Source: Octopus sinensis
Taxonomy: Eukaryota
NCBI RefSeq assembly: GCF_006345805.1
Contig: NW_021828619.1
Span: 1 to 8,033 of the forward strand
DNA length: 8,033 nt
Direction: 5' to 3'
The position numbers and the translations under genes are program-made. How positions within the stretch are numbered: the stretch's first letter is position 1; every line of letters begins with the position of its first letter. The notes below the pieces were generated by a model. It saw only the letters and a list, made by a program, of their open reading frames with translations, was not told the origin of the DNA and ran no database searches. Below are positions 1 through 7,430 of the stretch, in pieces.

Positions 1-30
1 TCTCTCTTCAAATCACATAATACTGTCTTA

Positions 31-54
31 ACATACACACACACCCACACACAT
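31..54. repeat. short imperfect (CA)n microsatellite
   Basis: acatacacacacacccacacacat. Confidence 0.6.
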
Positions 55-1106
55 AACTATGTAGTTATGACAATTGTAATATCTGTGGGGGGCATCGCAA
101 GCGTTCCATTATAGGGTGTGTTATCTTTTAGATACGTTTAAATAACAACAAAAACAAATCTTTCTATCCTCCCCTCATAAAACATAAACTTCCTACACAT
201 GCAGACAGTGGCAAGTGTGTTCCTGTTGGTATGACATCCGCTCCATATTCATCTGATACGGACGTTCGATCCTATTACACAACACAATGGAAGCAGGACC
301 TTTGCCATGGCAACGGCTCAATTAAGCTTTTGATAAACATGTAGACACCAAGTGTATAGATGCTCATGGGATGAACTGTATCTATTCCAGGACAGTAGCC
401 TTAGTCCATCTCAAAGTTGAATACCATCAGGGTCTTGGTTGCCTTCAGCAGAGTCACTCCATTGCAAGGATTTGGGACAGGCTTCCTGTTTGATGACGGC
501 TTGATACCTAGATACAACGAGATTTTACATATTACATGATATTTTTCCACCTATTCCCACAACAGTTTTGGAGGTTCTGATGCCACATGAAGCGTTATGG
601 GTGTTACACGTCCCCAGCGTAATTGGCAAATGTTAGTGCAGGAAAACAATACAAGAACGAATAAATAAAATATATTTATTAAAAAATACAAACCACGCCT
701 GAATATGAACGCATAACCAATTTTGGTGTTTGCAAATATTTTAATTCATTAACGCATAACGAATACTGTACATATTTTATCTTACTACTTTAACTCATGA
801 GTTTATATAAATTTACCCATCACCCTAAGTGAAATTACTTTCCTTGTCTGGAATAATAAAAAAAATCATCAATAACTTTCCTTAGATTTTTCTACATGCT
901 GATTTATTTACAAACTCTGATACAAGCAACATGGGCTCAAATCTTAAGAAAATACAAAACTGCAATATTTTCACCGATTTCAATGTTCTGATAAACGAAA
1001 CCGGTCCACTATCCTTTAGAATATATGAAAAAGTACATAAATTGTTTGCATTTTCCCTCTTTTATTATATATTTTTTCACTACAACTCACCACTAAATGG
1101 TTCGAT

Positions 1107-1308
1107 AAGGCGGCGAGCTGGCAGAATCGTTAGCGTGTTGGACACAATGCTTAGTGGTAATTATTCTCAGTTCAAATCTCCCTGATGCCGACTTCACCTT
1201 TAATCCTTTAGGGGCTGATAAAATAAATTACCGTTCGAGTACGGATTGATGAAATCGACTAGATTCATCGCCCCGAAATTTCGAGCCTTGTGTCTACAAT
1301 AGAAAGAA
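1107..1308 (+). mobile_element. tRNA-derived SINE, monomeric and degenerate (head-A-tail)
   Basis: Starts AAGGCGGCGAGCTGGCAGAATCGTTAGC as at 1673, 2270 and (minus strand) 3284. It has an A-box-like TGGCAGAATCG, a B-box-like GTTCAAATC, one core unit (1156-1260), and a tail (GAGCCTTGTGTCTACAATAGAAAG) homologous to 2229-2254. Confidence 0.85.
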
Positions 1309-1672
1309 GCATTTTATAAGTTTCGGAGTGAAGATATATTCAGTGATAACGTTTAAGATCATAGTACTCAACCATTAAACATGGAAAGGAAGTCACGCAA
1401 ACATTCAAACCCACATTCAGACGTACTCACATATACCTATATGAAAGCACACACACACATATGATTCAAAGCTATACACCCAGAAACCTACTTTATTTAT
1501 AAAATGTGTTATCTGTTCATAACTCAATTTTCATTATATACAATGACTTTTTGTTAAATTTGTAAGGTGGGTGGAGTAAAATAATAAAAACCTCTGCTTG
1601 AATTCAGTAGGCTTCTTTGAAAATGAATACCTTAACTGATAGTGTCTATTGCTTAGTATTTATTGTGTATTT

Positions 1673-2254
1673 AAGGCGGCGAACTGGCAGAGTCGTTAAT
1701 ACGCCGGCGAAATGCTTAGCGGTATTTCGTCTGCCGCTACGTTCTGAGTTCAAATTCCACCGAGGTCGATTTTATCTTTCATCTTTTCGAGGTCGATTAA
1801 ATAAGTACCAGTTACGCACTGGGATCGATATAATCGACTTAATCTGTTTGTCTGTCCTTGTTTGTCCCTCCTTGTGTTTAGCCCCTTGTGGGTAGTAAAG
1901 AATTAAGTATTTCATCTGTCTTTACCTTCTGATTTCAAATTCCGCCGAGGTCGACTTTACCTTTCATCCTTTCGTGGTCGATTATATAAGTACCAGTTAC
2001 GCACTGGGGTCGATATAATCGACTTAATCCGTTTCTCTGTCCTTGTTTGTCCTCTCTGTGTTTAGCCCCTTGTGGGTAGTAAAGAAATAGGTATTTCGTC
2101 TGCCGTTACGTTCTGAGTTCAAATTCTGCCGAGGTCGACTTTGCCTTTCATCCTTTCTGGGTCGATAAATTAAGTACCATTTGAGTACTAGGGTCGATAT
2201 GATTGACTCGCACCCTACCCACAAAATTCAGGTCTTGTGCCAATAGCAGAAAGG
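1673..2254 (+). mobile_element. tRNA-derived SINE, trimeric form head-(A-B)2-A-tail
   Basis: Head 1673-1720 with A-box-like TGGCAGAGTCG (1685-1695); A1 1721-1839, B1 1840-1905, A2 1906-2024, B2 2025-2089, A3 2090-2208; tail 2209-2254. B-box-like motifs at 1748-1758, 1933-1943 (mutated) and 2117-2127. Confidence 0.9.
1721..2208 (+). repeat. internal tandem repeat, ~185-bp period, ~2.6 copies
   Basis: Unit starts (GGTATTTCGTC-like) at 1721, 1906 and 2090, giving periods of 185 and 184. Confidence 0.92.
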
Positions 2255-2269
2255 GTTTAGTGTATATTT

Positions 2270-2340
2270 AAGGCGGCGAGTTGACAGAATTGTTAGTGCA
2301 TTGGGCAAAATGCTTCACAGCATTTCTCCCAGTGCTTTAT
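2270..2340 (+). mobile_element. 3'-truncated SINE head of the same family
   Basis: AAGGCGGCGAGTTGACAGAATTGTTAGTGCATTGGGCAAAATGCTTCACAGCATTTC matches the family head, then runs into (TA)n. Confidence 0.75.
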
Positions 2341-2344
2341 AGCT

Positions 2345-2345
<1 letters not shown>

Positions 2346-2386
<41 letters not shown>
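2346..2386. repeat. (TA)n microsatellite
   Basis: Near-perfect TA dinucleotide run. Confidence 0.95.
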
Positions 2387-2389
<3 letters not shown>

Positions 2390-2720
2390 CAAAGAAATGG
2401 TAAGACAACAAAATAATGAAAGAGACCTCGATATTATGTAAATAGAGGAATTTATCTGTAAATATAATGTGTGACAATTATTAGGTAGTGAAAGTAGATA
2501 ATTGAATGCTACTTTGAAATTAATTGTTACCAGATTAACCATGGCTAAAAAAGAGTTTCCTTGGTCAGAGAACGGATGCAGACTTCTGGTCACTGTAGCT
2601 GAGGTTGACTACCAGATATGGACGCGGTTCTTGTTTTTATTTCCTCTCAATTGTATGCATCTTTCCTGACATTTGTAAAGAAAACAGACAGGCATTGCTT
2701 TCGTAAAAGTTGGCGTTACT

Positions 2721-3284
2721 ATAATTTTTTTTATACTCTAGGCACAAGACCCGACATTTTTGGGAATGGGGCCAGTCGATTAGATCGACCCCTGTACGCA
2801 ACTGGTACTTAATTTATCGACCCCGAAAGGATGAAAGGCAAAGTCGACCTCGGTGGAATATGAACTCAGAACGTAAAGTCAGACGAAATACCTATTTCTT
2901 TACTACCCACAAGGGACTAAACAGTGAGAGGACAAACAAGGACAGAGAAACGGATGAAGTCGATTGTATTGGCCCCAGTAACTGGTACTTATTTTAATCG
3001 ATTCCGAAATGATGAAAGGCAAAGTCGACCTCGGCGGAATTTGAACTGAGAATGTAGCGGCAGACAAAATACCTATTTCTTTACTACCCATAAGGGGCTA
3101 AACACAGAGAGGACGAACAAGGACAGACAAACGGATTAAGTCTATTATATCGACCCCAGTGAGTAACTGGTACTTATTTTAATCGACCCCGAAAGGATGA
3201 AAGGCAAAGTCGACCTCGGCGGAATTTGAACTCAGAACGTAACGGCAGACGAAATACGGCCACGCATTTCTGTCAGCTCGCCGC
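2721..3284 (-). mobile_element. tRNA-derived SINE, second trimeric copy, inverted relative to 1673-2254
   Basis: Reverse complement aligns to 1673-2254 throughout: head 3259-3284 (internal deletion), A1 3139-3258, B1 3074-3138, A2 2958-3073, B2 2893-2957, A3 2774-2892, tail ~2721-2773. Confidence 0.9.
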
Positions 3285-3837
3285 ATTTGGCATTACTATG
3301 ATAATTGATCTTTGTAATACAAGGATAGGGATCAGGTTTGATAAGGTTGAACTTTTATATTACGTTTTCTTTTCCTTTGTATTCAAAACTCCCATTAATT
3401 TTTATCTTGCTTGTCCCAACCTTTAATCTGTTCCTAATTTTCGAACGCGCAAGTCTATTCGCAATTGAAACAATATATTTTCTGTAACAATCACATGTCT
3501 AATATGTATAATATTATAAATATCAGTTGTATCTATTGGGATTGTTCCGTTTTGTTTGCCATCAAAAGTTCATTCCGCTCTGTTTGTTTTCCTCACAGGT
3601 TGACCTTCTTTACATATGTGCCTGGCATTTCAAAAGTAAATAATTTTTATGTTAATATTCATGTGTATTGTACAAAATAAATAGCACTTACTTAATATTC
3701 ATGCACTTTTAACATTGCTTTCTTAATTTCTTTCTAATTTTGTTAATTTCAGTTTTGATGATGTTATTGGGTTTATTCTAGATTTTAGGGAGAAGTATGC
3801 GCTCCGGCCGATACCATTATTAAGGGCAAGCAAGTAT

Positions 3838-3932
3838 TTATTATTATTATCATTATCATTATTATTATTATCATCATCATTATTATTGTTATCATCATCA
3901 TTATTATTATTATCATCATCATTATTATTATT

Positions 3933-4030
<98 letters not shown>

Positions 4031-4137
4031 TATTATTATTATTATTAATACTACTACTACTACTACTACTAATAATAATAATAATAATAACAATAATAAT
4101 AATAATAATAATAATAACAATAATAATAATAATAATA
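3838..4137. repeat. compound trinucleotide microsatellite (TTA/TCA)n - (CTA)n - (TAA)n
   Basis: ATT/ATC runs 3838-4046, CTA run ~4050-4070, AAT run ~4071-4137. This produces the poly-I/N/L/S ORFs in the track. Confidence 0.95.
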
Positions 4138-4257
4138 AAAAAATATTCAGACAAATACATAATAAAAACACCAGGACTTACAAACACATATAACATACAG
4201 AAAATTGCACTACTAGGCACTGGACACATCCTACGCAGAACACTTTCCATACAATAA
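4138..4257 (+). pseudogene. C-terminal 39 codons of an RLE-type retrotransposon ORF
   Basis: In frame with track ORF 3886..4257; stop TAA at 4255-4257; upstream sequence is only microsatellite. Confidence 0.75.
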
Positions 4258-4354
4258 CCATCAGAGCATCACAACAAATCACAGCACATACCCAAGGCAC
4301 ACAGAGCTGCACTCGGTAGTGAAGTGAAAGCACGCTATAAAAATAAAACTACTG
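4138..4354 (+). mobile_element. 5'-truncated R4/Dong-clade (restriction-like endonuclease) non-LTR retrotransposon: ORF end plus 3' UTR
   Basis: Translates as KKYSDKYIIKTPGLTNTYNIQKIALLGTGHILRRTLSIQ*, matching the QK-ALLGT-ILR C-terminal signature I recognise from R4/Dong/Rex6 proteins. A ~97-nt 3' UTR ends in ACTACTG. (AAT)n lies on both sides. Confidence 0.8.
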
Positions 4355-4479
4355 AATGATAATAATAATAATAATAATAATATGTACCCATATATGCATG
4401 TATATATACATATAGATGTAGGTATGTACATATATGTATGTATATATGCATATATTTATATTATATTATATAAATATAT
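4355..4479. repeat. (AAT)n (4355-4381) followed by TA/TATG low-complexity sequence
   Basis: Direct reading of the sequence. Confidence 0.85.
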
Positions 4480-4632
4480 AAACAATTGTGGAAGGTGTTT
4501 GTAACCCATTTAAGAAACACACAAAATCGTTAGATTCACTTGAACATTTAAATTTAAATGTTGAAGTGAATCTAACGGATTTTGTGTGTTTCTTAAATGG
4601 CTTATTAAACACCTTCCACGCTGCAATTGTTT
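4480..4632. repeat. long loop-less inverted repeat (palindrome), probably transposon-derived
   Basis: Arm 4488-4552 pairs with arm 4553-4619 with about 3 substitutions and 2 single-base indels. Centre is ATTTAAA|TTTAAAT. Pairing extends to AAACAATT / AATTGTTT across a 5-nt bulge. Confidence 0.92.
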
Positions 4633-4688
4633 TCGTTCCAGCACACGATCTCAGATCATGTCACTTGCTATGCAAGTACATCTCCGTA

Positions 4689-4730
4689 ATATATATATAT
4701 TATATATGTGTGTGTGTGTGTGTGTGTGTG
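4689..4730. repeat. compound (TA)n(TG)n microsatellite
   Basis: TA run to ~4706, then (TG)12 from 4707 to 4730. Confidence 0.92.
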
Positions 4731-4732
4731 AC

Positions 4733-5036
4733 GGCGCGTGGCCTATTGGTTAGAGCATTCGGCTTACGATCGTAAGGTTGTGAGTTCAATTCCCGGTGAC
4801 GCGTTCTGTCCTTGAGCAAGACACTTTATTTCATGTTGTTTCAGTTCACCCAGCTGGGAAAAATCTGTAGTACCTGTATTTCAAAGGGCCAGGTTTATTA
4901 ACATCTCCTCGAGAGCTATTTTAAGCTTACACGTGTCTGTGGTGTGCTCAGCCACTTACATGTTAATTTCACGGGCAGACGGTTCCGTTGATCGGATTAA
5001 CTGGAACCTTCATGGTCTTAACCGACGGAGTGTCAG
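4733..5036 (+). mobile_element. tRNA-derived SINE, second family, with CORE-like segment
   Basis: tRNA-like head with A-box TGGCCTATTGG (4739-4749) and B-box GTTCAATTCC (4784-4793). GTCCTTGAGCAAGACACTTTA (4808-4828) resembles the CORE-SINE motif. The ~200-nt body ends CGACGGAGTGTCAG. Octopus OR-type SINEs are known CORE-SINEs; I cannot assign the family name exactly. Confidence 0.8.
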
Positions 5037-5155
5037 TTTTGCCGTAAGTGTGTGTATAGGTGGGGACGAGAAATTTCTTGCGAACAATTATGCGCGTTTC
5101 TGTCTGTATTTATGTTTATATCGTTTTAAATACAATCAGTGTTGTTATTCTTAGG

Positions 5156-5396
5156 TACTGTTGCGAAGGCATTTCAATGATTAGATTTCGATAAAGTATC
5201 TATCATGCGGAATGCGTAACAGTGGCAATTTTATGGATTAAAAGTCTTGAAAGTGGTGCCTCAGGACAGCTAGAAATGAGAACTTACGAGCTATGCAAAT
5301 CAGGTATTTTATATTTGTAACAGCTTCACACGAAGATAGTCGAAAGTGTTCTTTCATCTTGCACTAAGACCAGTTATGAAAATATGGAATAGTAAC
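5156..5396. repeat. dispersed repeat copy 1 (unclassified, homologous to 7798-8011)
   Basis: 5339-5396 aligns closely to 7953-8011, with GTCGAAAGTGTTCTTTCAT identical over 19 nt. Weaker similarity extends upstream (GTGGCAA, CTTGAA, AATGAGAAC). Confidence 0.75.
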
Positions 5397-5670
5397 GTTC
5401 ATTATACTTACCTATATATGCACTTATTTTCACAGGAAAATTCCCAGCAGTTTTGAAAAATATGATAAACAAATGAAGGCAAACAGGCCAGCAGAAAGAA
5501 TGGATATAAAGACGAAAGAATAACAAAAGAAAGGAATAAGTGCAAAGTATGATAAACAAAACGTAAGCAACGCATATTTCTTTCACGAACGAATTCTTAG
5601 AAGTTAGAGTTCAGTGACCTACCGTGTCCAAATTACAATTATCTATCAATAGGTAGCTAAGAAAGAGAAA

Positions 5671-5911
<241 letters not shown>

Positions 5912-5918
5912 ACAGATA

Positions 5919-6080
5919 GGCACAGGAGTGGCTGCCTGGTAAGTAGCTTGCTTACCAACCACATGGTTCTGGGTCAGTCCCACTGCGTGGCACCTTCGGC
6001 AGGTATCTTCTTTTATAACCTCGGGCCGACCAAAGCCTTGTGAGTGGATTTGGTAGACGGAAACTGAAAGAAGCCCGTCG
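5919..6080 (+). mobile_element. tRNA-derived SINE, third family, with CORE-like segment
   Basis: A-box-like TGGCTGCCTGG (5929-5939), degenerate B-box GGGTCAGTCCC (5971-5981), CORE-like ACCTTCGGCAGGTATCTTC (5992-6010). Ends GAAGCCCGTCG and runs directly into TA/TATG repeats. Confidence 0.8.
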
Positions 6081-6221
6081 TATATATGTATATGTATATG
6101 TATATATAATATATATAATATATCTGTACATATATATTTACATGTGGTATACTTTAGTCTATATATATATAGTCTATATATATATATTATATATATATAT
6201 ATATAGATATATATATATATA
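6081..6221. repeat. imperfect (TA)n/(TATATG)n low-complexity tract
   Basis: Direct reading. Confidence 0.9.
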
Positions 6222-6658
6222 CCTATAAAATTGTTATTAATCCAAACAAGTGGAGGAATAGAAGAAATGAAGATGAAAATTTAATGAGAGTATATTAGAA
6301 ATATTAGAATTTAATTATATTTTAAAATATAAGAATATAGTTTACTAGAATACAGTTTACATTAGATCTTCAAAAATGTATAGTACATGGAGCTGTGCCG
6401 CGGATTATGTGTATTCTGGACGTTGCAATAAAAATAATTAGTTTGTAATGTGGGAATGTGACTCAGAACGCTACCCGTTGACATATAAATTGATCGATCA
6501 ACTTTCATGTATTGATCTCATCTGAAAGACGCGGGAGGAGATCACAAAAATGTTTTCTCCATCGAATATGTCATAAGAATATGTCATAAGACATTTAGGA
6601 AAGAGAGACATGAATTAGTGATCTAATAACTGCTTAAATAAAAGTGTTATAATAAATA

Positions 6659-6955
6659 TGTTTCGTTATTAGCCACACAGGGCTGCAAACAGACGGGACA
6701 AATTACAAGGTAGAGCTTTTCTTTTGGGGATAAAAAAAGGGGGGTTGGTTTTCGATCAAAAGGGATCGTAAAATGAAAGAAAGAGGAAAGCAAAAGCAAA
6801 AAAGGTGGGGGGGGGATAAAAATAAAAGGAAAAAGAAAAATCGATCAATAGGGATCGTTATCACAGAAATGTCAATATAAAGTATAAAGTATAAAGGGGA
6901 AGACAGGTGAGGTTTACCCGTGGAAAGAAAAGCCTACGGAAAAGACCACGGTAAT
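6659..6955 (-). mobile_element. probable LINE (L1/Tx1-like) 3' UTR remnant
   Basis: Minus strand is strongly pyrimidine-rich, contains stem-loops (CCGTGG...CCACGG; two CGATC-N6-GATCG) and ends GCCCTGTGTGGCTAATAACGAAACA with an AATAAA-like signal. No coding part is visible, so the clade is inferred. Confidence 0.5.
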
Positions 6956-7093
6956 ATTGCTTATTATAGTGTCAAAGAATGATGTTATCAATTAGTGCTA
7001 GTTCTTACCAATTCAACATGTTAAAACATCTTTTCTTTGCTATATGTAATGGAAGCAGTATTAAGTTAAGGTAAGCATCTACATATCATACTT

Positions 7094-7430
7094 TACTTAC
7101 TTGTACTTGTACTTGTACTTGTGACGGCGTTCACTCAGGGCGGGTTGAGCCGGCTTCTTCTCTGGTCCTGACGGCGTCACGAACCATGGATTCATACAAG
7201 AAGTTTCGTGGGAATATTGAATTCACAAGCGGTCCCGATATCCCGCATGCATATCCCGAGGGACGGACGTCCTATTTGCCGTGGAGTTTCCACAACGCAG
7301 GGACAGAACGACCTCGAAGCCGCCGGTTGCCGAACAGACGCCTCTTGGAATTTTCACCAGGCTTTGGCCCTAATATCGCTCGGTGCCAGACCAATCTGCC
7401 TTGGGAGTTTCTGAAGTTTCTGACGACATA
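7094..7430 (-). mobile_element. decayed RTE-clade LINE 3' end with (CAAGTA)n tail
   Basis: Minus strand gives frameshifted RRLFG (7343-7329), LWKLHGK (HGK 7283-7275) and GRPSLG (7272-7255), in the order of the RTE C-terminal RRLxFxGH...HGKR..GRP pattern. Stop TGA at 7133-7131, then CAAGTACAAGTACAAGTACAAGTAAGTAAAG. Confidence 0.55.

Noticed and set aside
708-760. 10-bp direct repeat AACGCATAAC at 708-717 and 751-760
   Set aside because: Too short, with only 33 bp of AT-rich sequence between the copies, to call an insertion.
1721-2208. CRISPR-like alternation of A and B segments
   Set aside because: The 'spacers' (B) are copies of each other, the units are far too long, there are no cas genes, and the context is a eukaryotic SINE.
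931-3426. ORFs 931..1185, 1617..1895, 2024..2224, 2618..2812, 2903..3091 and 3226..3426
   Set aside because: Short chance frames overlapping SINE sequence, mostly with non-ATG starts and no recognisable domain.
3599-3635. Possible 37-nt micro-exon (TTTTCCTCACAG acceptor, AAA|GTAAAT donor; VDLLYICAWHFK)
   Set aside because: Splice-like motifs are common in AT-rich DNA, the donor is weak, and nothing else supports it.
3723-4250. Long ORFs 3723..4250, 3785..4171 and most of 3886..4257
   Set aside because: They are open only because trinucleotide repeats lack stops in those frames; only the last 39 codons of the plus-strand ORF are meaningful.
4733-4805. Functional tRNA gene
   Set aside because: The acceptor and anticodon stems pair poorly, there is no poly-T terminator after the head, and the sequence continues into a SINE body.
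5155-5303. Possible exon between TTCTTAG and CAG|GTATTT
   Set aside because: All three frames contain stops, and it lies inside a dispersed repeat.
6490-6501. 12-bp palindrome TTGATCGATCAA
   Set aside because: Short, isolated and partly a GATC repeat; compatible with chance.
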